Notes: generated by a model not told the origin, from the letters alone. A stretch of 63,944 nt of DNA, filler included, from Collodictyon triciliatum (GCA_043381765.1; 9 parts of 9 records of this genome joined end to end with filler, not necessarily neighbours in it), one strand, 5' to 3'; shown: positions 44,910 through 61,200, numbered from the whole stretch's first letter. Numbers and translations: made by a program.

Positions 44910-46020
44910 CCAGAGCTTTTTTTTTCTTTTTCTTTTCTTTTTCCTCAGAGCAATAAACAAATAAACAAAAAAAAAAAAAAAACTGTTTATTCCTTCTGTT
45001 GAAGCTTGTCGTTATGAGAAGGATCAAAAGTGGCACACGAGGACAAACGATGCCCCTTCTTTTTTTTTTCGTTTCTTACTGTTTTATTGTTTTCGTAGTT
45101 TTTATATATATAATTTTAGTTGCGTTTGAGAAGCGATGAGTCTAAATATGAAAGAATGGCGTTGTTTGTGGTGTCCCTCGGTCAGCGCGTCACAATCGAG
45201 AATGTCGTGATAATCAAGCTTGAAAAAGAGAAAAAAAAAGAGAAAGAAAAAGAGAAAAAGAGAAAAAGAGAAAAAAGAGAAAAAAGAGAAAAAAGAGAAA
45301 AGAAAAAAGAGAAAAAAGAGAAAAGAGAAAAAAGAGGAAAAAGAGAAAAAAAGAGAAAAAAAGAGAAAAAAGAGAAAAAAAGAGAAAAAAGAGAAAAAAG
45401 AGAAAAGAGAAAAAAGAGAAAAAAAGAGAAAGAAAGAGAAAGAAAGAGAAAAAAAGAGAAAAAAGAGAAAAAAGAGAAAAAAGAGAAAAAAGAGAAAAAG
45501 AGAAAAAAGAGAAAANNNNNNNNNNNNNNNNNNNNNNNNNNNNNNNNNNNNNNNNNNNNTTAATTAATTAANNNNNNNNNNNNNNNNNNNNNNNNNNNNN
45601 NNNNNNNNNNNNNNNTTTTTAAATTTTTATTTTTTTTAAATATTTATTTTTTATGTATTTTTTTTTTTTTTTTGCTGCGTAAGATAATAAATTATATGAA
45701 AGACAGCAAATGATTGCGATTGGGTAGGAAGGTAAAACATAAGCTTACGTTTATCTAAATACTTGAAAAAGTAGCATCCCTTGCGTCAAACTATGAACCC
45801 ATCATACAGTCATATGCTTACACTAAAGTTCCTGAGGACCTTAAGTTATACCAACTAGGTCAAAAGAAGCATGGAATGAACGGGTGTGTGAATGCATTTC
45901 ATCAAGTGACATAGAAGAAAAAGAAGAAACAAAATGTAATTGAACTGGATTGCTTCTTGCTTGGCAATACGCCCTCATCACTTTATCCTTTTCATAATCT
46001 TGTAATTTTTAATACTTATA

Positions 46021-48330
46021 GAGTGCTTGGAAACGGCAGTGTTGACATCGATATTGCTCAAATGAGGCAGAACTCCAGAGACTCCCTCTGTAATGACGAT
46101 ACTGATTATCACTCAAGTACCCTATCAACCCATCGTTCAATCCCATCTTTGGGAAGCTCGCGTATTGGAAATGTCACCGAATCCCATATGGTCAGTATTC
46201 CGCTTAGATTTTTTCCCGTGGGTTATGAAAATAAAAAACATTTTGTTGATTATAGATTTGATTCATATATATTTTATAAATTTCTCCCAATATATTTTCA
46301 TCTAACAACAACAACAACAACAAAAAGTATATTAATGAAAGAACGTTTCATCATTCAGAAAGCGCTGCATGGATCCCCAAAGTCTCGACAGGATTCAATT
46401 AGTACCCAGCGCAGTATATATATATTTAATTCTTATAACTTCTTCGCTTTTAGAGACTCTGATTTTTATTCGAATGGACCAAATAGTGAAATACATGCCC
46501 AATTTGAGACCACTATCTCCAAACAAAGGAAATTCTATCTAAAAAAATGTGATTTTCTAAGCAACCTTGTATCATTAGCCAACCTAAAGGATCGTTCCCT
46601 TACACCTACAAAACTACAAACGAACAGGTTCGATGAAATTGTGTCTACACTGGTTTATTTTTCCGTAAAATATATGCGACATAGTTACTTCATGCTGCTA
46701 TTCAATATAATTTGTGCTAAAAATGGACTCATAATATTCGTCATTTCATTCTTTTTCCCTTTCGGTGAATATACCACAAGAATGAGAACCTTCTGAATTA
46801 GAACTTACAGTATATAAAAACAAAAATCGAAATATTTATTGCAAAGCTATACATATACTTAGAAGTGATATTTCGACGTCATCAAGACCAAGTATGCTCA
46901 TTTTATGCTCCTATTATTTTGCTGTTTTTTTTTTAATTCTATAAAAAAGAATATGACAAATTTAATAAAACCTTTTAAATATGCAATTCTCCCCTATATG
47001 ATTCATTATTATTGAAACTATGAAAGGATCGCTTCCTCCTAGCCCGATACCCATCGTTAACATGGATTTACTGCACACTCAAGCTGCAAAGACTTTAAAG
47101 CAGGTTTAAATGCACCACTGTAACTTGGATATATATATATCTGTCGAAGATTAATACGTATTGTTAAGAGGCTTTATTTTTCTTTCTCATATCATTCGTT
47201 CCTATTTTTCCTGTTATATTTCTCTTTCTTTTTTTTTTCTCCTTCCTTCCCCCTCAAACCATATCTACAGTCGTTTAAAAAGCATAAAATACAATAGGAA
47301 AGATGTACGTCTACTGGGTGGATTTCTGATGCTTTCCCGTGCCATGGCCTTAAAGCTCAGCGACCAAAATCACAGTTATCAGAAAAAAACGTATCTACCA
47401 AAGCAATATGAAAATATTAAACCTCTTTACAAAATATACTGAACCGAAAAGTAGCGTTCTGAAATGCAATTCTCAAATTGCTCAAACGATTTAAAATGCC
47501 AAAATACGGTTGATTATCACAAAAAGGAACACAGGTCGAGCCTGCTGTTGTCGTTTACAGATGACCCTCCTATCGCGGCGCCCTTCTTGCCTCACACAGG
47601 TAAAAAGTAAATAAAGCTTTTTATATTCCCTGCACAACAGTAAAGTCTATTTACAGTTATGTGCAGACAATTTTCTTTTCTTTTTCTTTATCACATTTCT
47701 TTTAACTATCGAAATATATCCCTATCAGCGATAATCTTTTTTTTTTTTTTTTATTTTTTATTTGTAAAAAGCAGGGCATTGACTATTCTCCTATGTATTC
47801 ATTCTTACTTTTATATTAAAAACATGTTATTTCTGTGTGAACAAGCTTTGCCTGGAAAGAAGCTATCCCAGATTCCCCAACAAAACATAGCTTTGAAACA
47901 ACAACGGGTCTCTCAATCCAAGAAAGCTGCACCGAAATCACCATTGAGGTTCCAGCGATTGAACTATACACCCGTGAAAAAGAAAGAAATATTCCTGCAT
48001 CTAAAACTGTACAACTCCCACAGCCTAAAGAAATTAAAATGCTCTTCATATCTGGCTTTTTACAGAAAAGTCATTCTTATGGACGAAAGCTTGCCACGCA
48101 CACCCCAGAGCGAGGAAAGTGCGTTTGACGACTTGCAGGTTCATGAATACTTGAAGACTATGGCAAAAGGCCTTGCTTGAGCATCGAGCGCGCCACTGGA
48201 AATCTAATCCTTTCCCTCTAACCTCTTTAACCTGCCAAACAGATATCTGCTATCGAGTTGCAAAAGTTTATCCCAAGCGCAGTCCATCAGTGAGACAAGA
48301 GAAATCAACTAACCTCCTTTCTCGGTCCTC
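46021..48330 (+). CDS. Partial multi-exon gene of unknown function (Ser-rich)
   Basis: Series of AG/GT-bounded open exons (e.g. GNGSVDIDIAQMRQNSRDS..., RLKSIKYNRKDVRLLGGFLML...); no recognisable domain. Confidence 0.4.
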
Positions 48331-49290
48331 GGAAAAACTGAGATGGAATTATCGTATTCATACCCCTCCTTTTTCCCCACTGTCTTTCGAAGAAATGTAT
48401 TTTTTTCTTTTAAAAAAATGAATCTAAATCTGGTTTTCCATTTCCCCCTTTTTTTTCTTTCCTTCTTACCACCTTTATCGAAGTGCGTAGATGGTTGTTT
48501 ATAAATGAAAGGCAAAGACAAATACATGCACGGGTGTTTGCTATAAACAATAGATAATGCAGGCGTCTACTTGCGTTTTTCCTGTTATCATTACCTCATC
48601 CTTCAAGCGAAACATTTAAAACTAGCTGGGGCATTAGAGCAATAATCTCGTCATCTAAACTGTATTGCTCCAATATCAGATAAACAGTTGTTTATTTAGC
48701 ATGAAACCTGGGCCTTGTGAAAATAGAGGAGTAATCAAGACACTTATGCGTATGATGGTGGAGAGGTTTTCAGAGGAAATCAGTGTATGGATTATGCAAT
48801 CTATGTATTTTCCCTTTCTTCTTCTTCCTCTCGGTATCTCATCAGTGATGGATGTGCGAGTCTAATCACCGGTAAATATGATGATATAGAAACCACAGAG
48901 TATGGGCACAACAATCGAATAATGAACCAATGGAGGCGTTATTTACTACACGGAGTGATTTTGTAGCAATTGTATTGATTCCAGCACCAAACACATATAA
49001 TAAAATTTAGACAAGCGAGGTAGCCATTGAGCACATCGGAAGCTGCACTCGATAAGAAGATTTAAATAGAACGATAATAAAATACATATAAAGGAGTAAG
49101 AGTACACATGTAACGTTTATAGGTGAGGATCAATCGGTCTGAGTTTTTGATTGCCCTTGAGAGAAAGGGAGAAGTTTTTTTCTTTGTTAGAAGAGCGGAG
49201 GGAGAGATTATTGCTTGTGAATTCAAGCAAAATCCATTAGAGAAGCGATAAAAAAAAATATGCGCATTAACTTTCTTTTCAGATTGCAAC

Positions 49291-50977
<1,687 letters not shown>

Positions 50978-51925
50978 GATGGCCAATGGAGCTTTCCTTC
51001 TTTCCTTAGTTGGAGAAGCTTTGGTGAAGATTCGGAATAGACAGATGATTTGTAAGGGGTGGGAGAGTGGGAAAATGAGCATAGTGGAGGATCAATTCTT
51101 TGGTAGGTGTTTGACCTCAGAACTTCATGAGTCAATGGTGCTGAAAAATTGTGTAGGAATACATAAAATGTACTTTGGGGTAACTGATGGACACGATACC
51201 TCTGCAGGCATCAGATTCAACACAGCAGGTATCGCGCTCATCCACATAAGGCAGATTCTGCAACAGAAAATCAACCGTTGCTAGCAAGTAATTTCAATGA
51301 AAAAATCAATAAATGGAAATATATTGATAATAAAATCAATAACCAAATATGTATGGTTTTTTGGTGAGCGCAAATGCTAACAGACCAAATCTGGATTTTG
51401 TGATAAAAGCGCACAAATGTTTCGATCACTTGGCGATTTTCTCTTTCCCAAATAAAATGAAAACTTGGAATAAGGCCAGAGTTTTTCTTTCGCTGTGGTG
51501 GTCAATATGCGGCATCTTAAAGACATGATGGTTCTTCACGTGACCAGGCGAAAGAAACCACCTTCAAAGTCTCAACAAAAAGCTGTGGATATTAGGTTGG
51601 ATGCCATCAAGAGCCAAACAGACTGCTGATGACAGTATCATGATTCGCCCAGCCTTTTTTTTTTTCTGTTTTTTCTGTTTTTTCTGTTTCTTCTTTTTTT
51701 TTTCTTTCTATTTTTTCCATCTTTCTTTTATCCTACCCAAAATCCTCAACGAGTGGAATGAATCCGTTTCATACGTCAAATACTGTCGAGTGAAAAGACA
51801 TCTTCGAAGCGCTATTTACCTACTTTCTCATATGATGAACTGACATTGATGCTCAAAGGGAAAATAAACACCTTTCACTGGGCATCTGAGGAAACAGGAG
51901 AATCAAGATCAAACCTGAAGCAAAC

Positions 51926-53171
51926 ATGCAAGCCTTCGTTCGACTCAACCGCGTGAAGGTTTCCTCAGCAAATGTCCAAAGCACCCGCAGCTTCGTCTCA
52001 AAAGTCCAGCAAGAATTCATCGACCGCGAAGAAAAATACGGCGCACACAACTATCACCCTATTCCCGTGGTTCTGGAGAAGGGGCAGGGCATTTTTCTGT
52101 GGGATGTTGAGGGCAAACGTTACTATGACTTTCTGAGCGCGTTAGTCTAATTCAATTATATATATTTTTAATAACGAAACAAAAGAAAACAAAAGAAAAA
52201 GTTACCTAAATACTTTTGTTAATTTTTTTTTTGTTCTTTTTAAATAAGATGGATCAATATACTAACCCGACACAGCAGCACAAATCGACAAGATTTACCT
52301 TTGATATTTGCAACATCCTCATAATGGGGTTCTCTATAGATATTCTGCCGTCAACCAGGGACATTGCCACCCTCGCATTGTAAAGGCTCTTCAGCAACAG
52401 GCTGAGAAGCTGACGCTCACTTCCCGCGCCTTCCACAACAACGTACTGGGGCATTTTGAAAAGTACATGTCTGATTACTTTGGCTACGACAAAGTGCTTG
52501 CCATGAACACTGGCGTCGAGGGTGGGGAGACTGCCGTCAAGCTTGCTCGCAAGTGGGCATATACAGTAAAGAAGGTTCCAGACAACCAGGTAACTGAGAT
52601 GCGCAAGGGCCCTTGCGCTGAATAAGGCCACAGCCAAACAATCAATATATTGATGTCGTCATTGGTATCTTCATTGTACAGGCCAAGATTGTTTTCGCAC
52701 GAAACAACTTTTGGGGCCGAACCCTTGCAGCCATCTCATCCTCTACTGACCCATCTTCATACGGCGGATTTGGACCCTACATGCCTGGATATGAGATTGT
52801 TCCATATGATGACATTAATGCACTCCAAACTCTATTCGAAAGAGACCCAAATATCGCCGCTTTCATGGTAGAGCCGATCCAAGGAGAGGCCGGAGTCAAG
52901 GTGCCACAACAGGGATACATGAAGAAGGTACTTTTTTCTTTTTTTTGCTTCTCTGTCAGGGTATTCATATTTTTAGTCTCATCAATATTTTCTGTTGTTT
53001 ATGATCGAAGTATCATAATCATATGAACTGAAAATGTAGGTTCACGACCTCTGCAAGAAACATAACGTGCTTTTGATTGCTGATGAGGTCCAAACTGGAT
53101 TGGCTCGCACAGGAAAACTGCTTTGCTGTGACCATGACAATATTCGCCCAGACATTCTAGTCCTAGGAAAA
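51926..53171 (+). CDS. OAT: Ornithine aminotransferase, mitochondrial; 3' truncated at contig end
   Basis: [76 protein letters not shown] (PLP lysine). Confidence 0.97.
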
Positions 53172-53387
53172 GTCCGACATAATCATTTTTCCTTCTCATA
53201 TGCACATTACCAAAAAAAAAAAAAAAAAAAAAAGAGTTCAATACACCACCAACATAACACAAACAACAAAAACTTTCATAACCTCTCNNNNNNNNNNNNN
53301 NNNNNNNNNNNNNNNNNNNNNNNNNNNNNNNTTAATTAATTAANNNNNNNNNNNNNNNNNNNNNNNNNNNNNNNNNNNNNNNNNNNN

Positions 53388-53508
53388 TGATATGATATGA
53401 TATGATATGATATGATATGATATGATATGATATGATATGATATGATATGATATGATATGATATGATATGATATGATATGATATGATATGATATGATATGA
53501 TATGATAT
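53388..53508. repeat. (GATAT)n microsatellite
   Basis: Direct inspection. Confidence 0.97.
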
Positions 53509-53547
53509 GGCATCACGTGACATGATGTCTCTCGCTATATACGCAAG

Positions 53548-56494
53548 GTACACTCCTTTGACAAGACACTGTCGCTGGACCATGGCAAACGCATACCAGG
53601 ATATGCTGGATATGTTCCTGCCATTGGGACAACAGTCGGGAAAACATACGGCGAAGCCACACAAGATGCTGTCCAGAATGCAATCGCCAATCTACAAATA
53701 CACGATTACCAACAAATCCCAACAGAGATTCCGTCAAAGCCGCCGACTCCAACAGGAAAATCCAATCGGCGCCCAATCACCCCAACCACACAATGCACAT
53801 CTCCTATGGGAAATGTAAGGATACCCAATCATGAGCTGGTTATTTTTCTTTTATTCCTTTTGCTCCGAGCAAAGCTTGTGGACATATCGTTTTCAATCAT
53901 ATAATTAAACTAATAAAAAATCATTTCCACGAATCCTTTTAAATTGAATTCGAGTGTTTTTTATTTTATATATTTATATATATATCTTCTACCATTTAGA
54001 GGAGCGCCAGCCCTGACAGTCAGAAATTAGCCGAGTGGCCACCAGGATATACTGGATTCATTCCTAATTCCCAATACCACTACGGAAAAACATACGGGAA
54101 TCTCATAAAGAAATCAGAGAATATTCGGTTCGATTATTCATCCATGAAAAATCCAGACTCGTTCGATGAGGTAAATGCCAAAGAAAAAGCAAAAGACCTT
54201 GATTGCATGTGTATTTTCCCGCGAGTGATTCTCTAATATTTTTGGGATGTACTTAATAGGTTGCTTGGTTCTTTCTTTGTGTTTCTATAATGTGCAATTC
54301 ATCTGTGATAAACTTAGGGAACTGTTCGAACCTCTGAAGCTCCTGCATCTCATATACCTGGCTACACCGGATTCATCATGGAAAGGAAGGACGACTTTGG
54401 GAAGACTTACGGTGCTCTCACAAAGGAGCATGTTGAGATAGCCAGACAGTAGGATAGTACTTTAAAACTCGGAATATACGCTTTATTATTAACATGTTTG
54501 CATTTTTGGGCACATATCAAAAGAGGTCATCCCGACCCTCCAAAGAAAGAGACGAAAGAGGGAACATTAGGCCCAGCTGAAAGGCGGGCAATGGAAACGA
54601 AGGTACGAACACATAGCCATGTAAAAATTGATCATGAACCTCAACTATGCTGTTCAGCTTCTTCTATTGATCACACACAATAATCACTTGTCCCAAATAC
54701 GCTCGCAATACCATCGAACATAGCTATGCTGCCCATTATATTTCTCTTCAAATTTTAAGGTTAGTTGCATTCAGATTGTTCTGAGCGATGCAGCACACAT
54801 CCCTGGTTATGGAGGAACCATTTCTGGATGGCAGAATCGATTCGGTGGAACCTATGGTGTGATATCAAAAGAGGTGCTGATATACTGATTTCGTAGTGCT
54901 CTCCAATCGACAGATACCAGATTCACAGGCTGGCACTCCTGTGACCAAGCTTATAATAGACGGATCATATGCGCAAACCTATAATTACTTTCCTCTTCAA
55001 ACATCAATCTATCACCGAATGATTGTGTCAGTATCATACAGTATCTCAACACATGCACAAACTTAGCCCAAACAATTTTAATTTCTTTTTAGGCAAAGAA
55101 GGATGTTAAGCGAGACGGCAGTTCTAGCATTCGCCACTCCTCTTTGGACAGCAAAAGCCCTGCTAAAGCCTCGCGGGTTTGTAGCGATTTGATATTTATA
55201 AATATAGAACCAATTTTGAATTCTGATTCACCATGTTTTTACATATTCACATTCCTCGGTCTCATTTGATCCAAGTATATCCTAATCATACACATTGATT
55301 CATTCTATCTGTTTTCAAACCAACCAAGCAACCAACCAAAATGAAATAAACAGGTTCCAGGATATACAGGATATTTGCACGGGTCAAAATTTGAAGTAAC
55401 AGACAGCAGAGCAGCCAAGAAAATCACAGAAGTCAAGGGTGTAGATATTGTTGAACAAGTAGATAATTTACTCGACACATAATCAATATATCTTGGAATG
55501 ATTTGATTAGCTTTTTTATTTTCGATCAGTTGCCTCTCATCGCATGAAAATGTATGTTTATGTGTCCTTTCTTAATCTAGACAGCAGCGTACTCCTCTGA
55601 AAAGGAGATTGACAAATCATTAAGCCAATTGGGATTCAGGCCTTCTCCGGCACCCATTGTGAAAAGGGTTTCTTTCCATCCGTCTATTTCGCTCTTTTTC
55701 CACAAACACATTTCATAAGTCGACTGGAAGCGTCACATGCATGTATGTTAATTTACAGGTATCGCCTGAAATCGATGGCCGAACCCCGTCGCCAGTTCCT
55801 GGATATACAGGTTCACATCTCCTTCAACACCAGAACATCATTTTCATATTGAAGGCGTTTAAAGAATCAGCGAAATATCAGTTTCAGACTTTTCTTTTTA
55901 CAACGATTAAATCAACAAACATATTAAAAATTTCTCCGATATTCACTCTTCTCATAATTAATCACAAGTATTTTTCTCTCCATCAGATAACAAGTACTAC
56001 ACTTAGGAGGTTTTCCCCTTATCGTGTAAAAATCTAAGAAAATAATTTTTTTTATGTTTAAAAAGGATATGTTGCAAGGTCCAAAGACTATGTCGGACAG
56101 ACGTACGGCAGTGTAGCGCGGTCGCAGGCAGCCAGCCCCGTCCCACCCACGCCGAATGTGAAGCCAAATGTCGGCCATGTGCAAGGCAAAGGCCATATCC
56201 CTGGATACGGCGGTAAGACCGGCGCATTTGCCAACAAATTCATTTCCACATTCCAGATTCCATATTACGTTTCTTTTAGAGTTGCACGCGAGGAAAATCG
56301 CATCACACCCTATTATTTTTGTACGTGTTGCTCGTTTGCCTATAGAACATAAAAATTTCAATGAAATTATTTTTATTTTATTTGTTAATGCTCTATTTTT
56401 GACATTAGGATTTGTCCCAGGATTGAATCACGATTATGGACGCACTTTTCACACATTGACTGAGTTACATGCAACAAACTCTACCGCTTCATGA
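53548..56494 (+). CDS. FAM166/CIMIP2-like microtubule inner protein with ~7 PGYxG..P.....G.TYG repeats; 5' truncated, multi-exon
   Basis: IPGYAGYVPAIGTTVGKTYG; PPGYTGFIPNSQYHYGKTYG; IPGYTGFIMERKDDFGKTYG; IPGYGGTISGWQNRFGGTYG; VPGYTGYLHG; VPGYTGYVARSKDYVGQTYG; IPGYGGFVPGLNHDYGRTF. Confidence 0.8.
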
Positions 56495-57029
56495 TGATGA
56501 TGATGTCTTATACTTTTTTTTCGTTTCGTTCGACGAAATATATACAAGAGTCACTCATTCGAGAGTTTCTCAAGAACTTGAAAACTGGTTTGGGTTTTGT
56601 GATGCAATTAATTTAAAAAGAAAAAGAACAGAAGAAAGCCAAAAGAGTAGAAGGAATAGTGTCACAAATGAAAGGTGGTTGCCAAGCATTGCAAAAACGA
56701 TGGAAGACTCAACAAGAAAATACCAGAGTTACTATCTCTTCGCCACCTCTCTCTCACCACGACCGTTCCTCAAGGGAAGTAGTTTGATATATAAAAAAAG
56801 AAAGAAAAAGAAGCTATTCATGAGAGGTTTATCTAGTTCCTTTTTTTTTTTTACTGGAAAGTTCATGGTTGGTGAACAATCGATTCAGTGAAAGTATCCA
56901 ATAATGAAATAAATATGCAAGCACGCATTTATTTATATTCTTTTTTAATTTTATCCTTCCTTCAAGATTAAAGAACAATTTTTTTTCAACGCACGAGGTA
57001 TAGATATGAACGATGATGAAAACAAGCAA

Positions 57030-57740
57030 TTATTTCAGAGCAGGTAAAATCCAGCCGGCACGTGAAAGCATACACACGAACAAAAGCAAAACAAAAAAAA
57101 ATGGTGATGTAAAGGAGAAGCAGCAGTAATCCAAATCAAAGCCGACTTGGCAGCGGTGCGAGCAGAAGTAGCATGATGGTTTCTCAGCCATTTCACACAT
57201 CTGGGCAGCCAAGAGAGCCAACAAAGCACAAACAACTGTGGCCAAAAACACCTGCCACAAAGGACTCCTCGTTTCTCTCTCTCTGTCATCTGTCTCTGTC
57301 TCTGTCTGTGCTCATCACGGCGTTTCTTGACTCAGTTTGCCCCACAGGATCGCAAGCTGATGCATCTCACGTGGGCATCTGAGTCTTTTGAACACAGACC
57401 GAGCAGCCTCCAACTTGCCTGCCGAATCTGCTGCCGTGTCACACCCAAACGCACCCTGATAGAACAGAGCCAACCCTTGCAAATACAGCATTCCGATGCG
57501 GCTGCTTTCAGACTCAGCCTGCCGCAAAAGCGCGCCGATTCTCGGATTCCTGCGGGGCTGCGTTGTATCCTGGCCCAAGTACAGAGCCCGAGCGCGGAAA
57601 AGGCGATGTTGCGGACGCGCTGGGATGTAGAAGACCGACAGATGCTGCGAGAGTCCAAGGCCCGTCTGGCACAGAGATTCAAGCTGCTTATTGAGTGCGG
57701 GATTCAATGAAGCAACCGGCTCGTCTCGGTGGGCTGGCAA
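57030..57740 (-). CDS. Partial gene: helical repeat-like exon plus a Cys-rich (MYND-like) exon
   Basis: GC-rich open exon 57740-57320 (MLYLQGLALFYQG...LEAARSVFKRL); small exon MCEMAEKPSCYFCSHRCQ. Confidence 0.4.
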
Positions 57741-58276
57741 GTGTCAACAGTCAGAAAAATCAAAGGTAAAAATAAACAAAAAAAAAAAAAAAAAAAAAGG
57801 GGGGGAACCCACCACTTGGTTTTTTCTTAAAGGTAGGGGCCCTCTGGGGCTATTTATTTTNNNNNNNNNNNNNNNNNNNNNNNNNNNNNNNNNNNNNNNN
57901 NNNNTTAATTAATTAANNNNNNNNNNNNNNNNNNNNNNNNNNNNNNNNNNNNNNNNNNNNTTCGGGCATATGCGGTGGATAAGATGCCACATTCCACGCT
58001 GCCAGAATCCTTTCGGATGGGTAAGCATATCTGTCCACCATCTCATCGTGAGCGATGTCTATGCAATACCAGGCGTCATGAGTCCCAGTCCTCCCTCCGT
58101 AGGTGGCTTAGAGAGCGTCTTGATTTTATATTTTTGATTATTATTTTTTTACTTTTTTTTTTATTTATATCAATTGCAAGACGAAGATGCGGCGAGCGAG
58201 TCCATAGTTTCCAGTTTGGGTGAAAGAGAGAGGGAGAGAGGGAGAGGTAGAAAGAAAGAACGAGGCGTCCGACACC

Positions 58277-61200
58277 TTACTCATCCTTAACAGTCCCCCA
58301 CGCGGACTCCATGTTTGCGATTTGCACGCGCTCTTCGCTTTCGCCCACAGCGATGACAGAGCCAATCACCGAGGCAACCTCGCCGTTCTCTCTGAGGGCC
58401 TCGACGACCTTCTCTGCCTGGGATGCTTCGATGATGGCAACCATGCCGATACCACAGTTGAACGTGCGGGCCATTTCGTGCGACCTACAGATGCCCATTC
58501 ATACCAATGCATTGTTTTTCAGTTATGTATATTTAAGGAAAGATTATGATATTGAAGAAGAAAAATCATTCGATTGTAAAGGCGATGAATCATCACTTCA
58601 TGTTTCCGACAGATTGCATCCAACGAAAGACGGGAAGGAACTCCCACTTGGAGGCATCCAAGGAAACACCGAGAGTCTTTGGAAGAACGCGAGGGATGTT
58701 TTCAATCAAACCTCCACCGGTGATGTGGGCCAGACCCTTGGTGCATGCTCGTTAGTGGTAAATTATTATTATTATTATTATTTTAATTTTTTTTTTTTAC
58801 TCTCTTTTCCTATGTATATGTACGTTTAAAGATGGCTGGTCTGTGACTGTCAATTCAGTGGTGCACGTTCACATCGCTTTCGGTGGTACATAACTGCGTG
58901 GTTTAATGAAGCAAGCTGGGTAAAAAAAAATAAAATAAAAAAGTGTACCTTCAAGGGTTTTGATTCCATGCGCACTAATTTGAGGACAGATCGAACATAA
59001 AGTTTAGTGGGTGTCAGAAGAGATTCGCCCAAGGTGCCAGACTGAAACGGAGATGGGTCCTTGTAACTGAGACCCGACTTCTCTACAAGCAAACGGACAA
59101 GCGAGTAACCGTTCGAGTGGACTCCGGCAGATCCGAGACCTGGCCAGATTTTCATGATGAAAAATTAGAGCATGGTATATCTAGTGAACATTCAATCATG
59201 TGTGGTGGGAGCTCACAGAGTTTTTTGGGCATTGAAAGTGCATAGGCATGCACATTATCTGCTGTTGTATGTGGAGGCTCACCAACAACAACATCCCCTT
59301 CCTGGATATCCTTTCTGGGAAGAATGCTATCCCGCTCAACAGCACCAACAGAAAATCCCGCCAGATCATACTCTCCGTTTCCATACATTCCAGGCATTTC
59401 TGCTGTTTCACCTCCAATTAGAGCGCAGTTTGACTCTCGGCACCCGGCGGCAATACCAGATACAACCTAGGAGATAGGGAATTTAAATAGGATGACAGGA
59501 CGTATTTGTCACCAACCACACGGAATCAATTAACATTACAAAACCAAACATGTTTTGCAACATCGACAGACAACTTTCCAGTGGAGAAATAATCAAGGAA
59601 GATTAGCGGCTCTGCTCCTTGGACGATCAGGTCATTGACAGACATGGCAACCAGGTCAATCCCGATGGTATCATGCTTGTCAACCAACTGGGCAATCTTC
59701 AACTTCGTACCAACTCCGTCGGTGGTAGACACGAGAATGGGGTCCTTATATCCAATAGCCTTGAGATCAAAAAGTCCTCCAAATCCACCAATATCAGCAT
59801 CTGCTCCGAGTCGGGCAGTGGACTTTGTCATGGCTTTGATTTCATCTACAAATCTATTCCCTTCACTAATGTTGACACCTGCGAGGAACGATATCAAGAT
59901 AAATAAATATATAAACTTGGAATGAGTCGAATATCAACGAGCAATTTCTCAAACTTTGACTATTTCGAATATGAGATACAGAAGATCCAAGTATCAGCAT
60001 TACAAACCAGCGTCTGCATAGCTGACAGATAGGGCACGATGAGCAATATCCTTTCTGAAGAAACCTCCTTCAAATTGGATATTCTGAAGAACCTGATATG
60101 CCTTGTCTACTGCAAGTCTTAGCGTCTTTGCGCGACACGTTACAGCAAGAACACGCCCACCCGAGGTGACGACATTTTTCTCTTGATTATGGGTAGTTCC
60201 TGCGTGGAAGACAAGAATATTTTCCTGTGTACCATGTGACAGGGATTATCATTAAGATTATACCAGAATTGAGTAGGAATTTAAGGGGGATTCCTCCATT
60301 AAAAAGAATAAAGAAATAAAAAGAAAAAGGAGAAAGAAAAAAAAAAGAGGAAACACCAAATTATCTGGATATTTGAATTCGAACAACCTTTTGAAGCTCG
60401 GGATGATCAAGTCCACTGATAACTTTCCCTTTGGGATATGAACCAGGGTATCCCTGGGATGCAAAGACAACGGTAACTGCAGATTCCTCATGGAAGTCAA
60501 CTGGAGTCTTGCCTAGCTCCCCATTTACACATGCACATGCAATAGTGTAGAGGTCGGTTTTGAGCAGGGGCAACACAACCTATTGAAAGTTAGCACTTTA
60601 ATCAATTTAGATAATAAAAATAAAAAATTCAAAAACAAGAGACATATAAGTGTCAATATTTCATGGATAGAAAATTAACTAATTGATTTTCTGAAGAAAA
60701 AAGAAAGAAAAGGTGGATGGGTTGTGTCCGAACTATACTTGCGTCTCAGGGTCACCAAGTCGGCAATTAAACTCAAGAACACGGACACCTTTGGGTGTGA
60801 GCATTACTCCAGCATAGAGAACTCCGATGTAAGGAACACCTTCACTCCGGATACCATCAATGGTGCGCTTAATCACTGTCTCGTTAATTTCAGCTTGAAG
60901 TGCCGGAGTCACCGCAGGGGCAGGAGCGTAAGCGCCCATGCCTCCTGTGTTCGGTCCTTGATCGCCATCATAAGCGCGCTTGTGGTCTTGAGCTGCTGGC
61001 AGGCAGACAAAATCGACGCCATCAGTGAATGCCAGTATGGATGCCTCAGGTCCGGTGAGTCTCTCCTCAACAACGACCTTGAAGGGAAGGCAGTCAAGAC
61101 GCGGAAAAAAATGCAAAAATATGAGGTGTAAAAGAGAAACGAAAGTGTTGTATGCTAATTTGTTTGTATATAAGTCGAGTAAAGTTTTGTTTCATCGCCC

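Noticed and set aside
45120-45567. K/E/R-rich ORFs (also 34699-35376, 36082-36697, 41239-41792, 26193-26378, 53332-53664)
   Set aside because: Stop-free simple repeats, not credible proteins
53388-53508. Contig-end repeats as telomeres
   Set aside because: Units differ at every end and resemble the intronic SSRs; more likely assembly breakpoints
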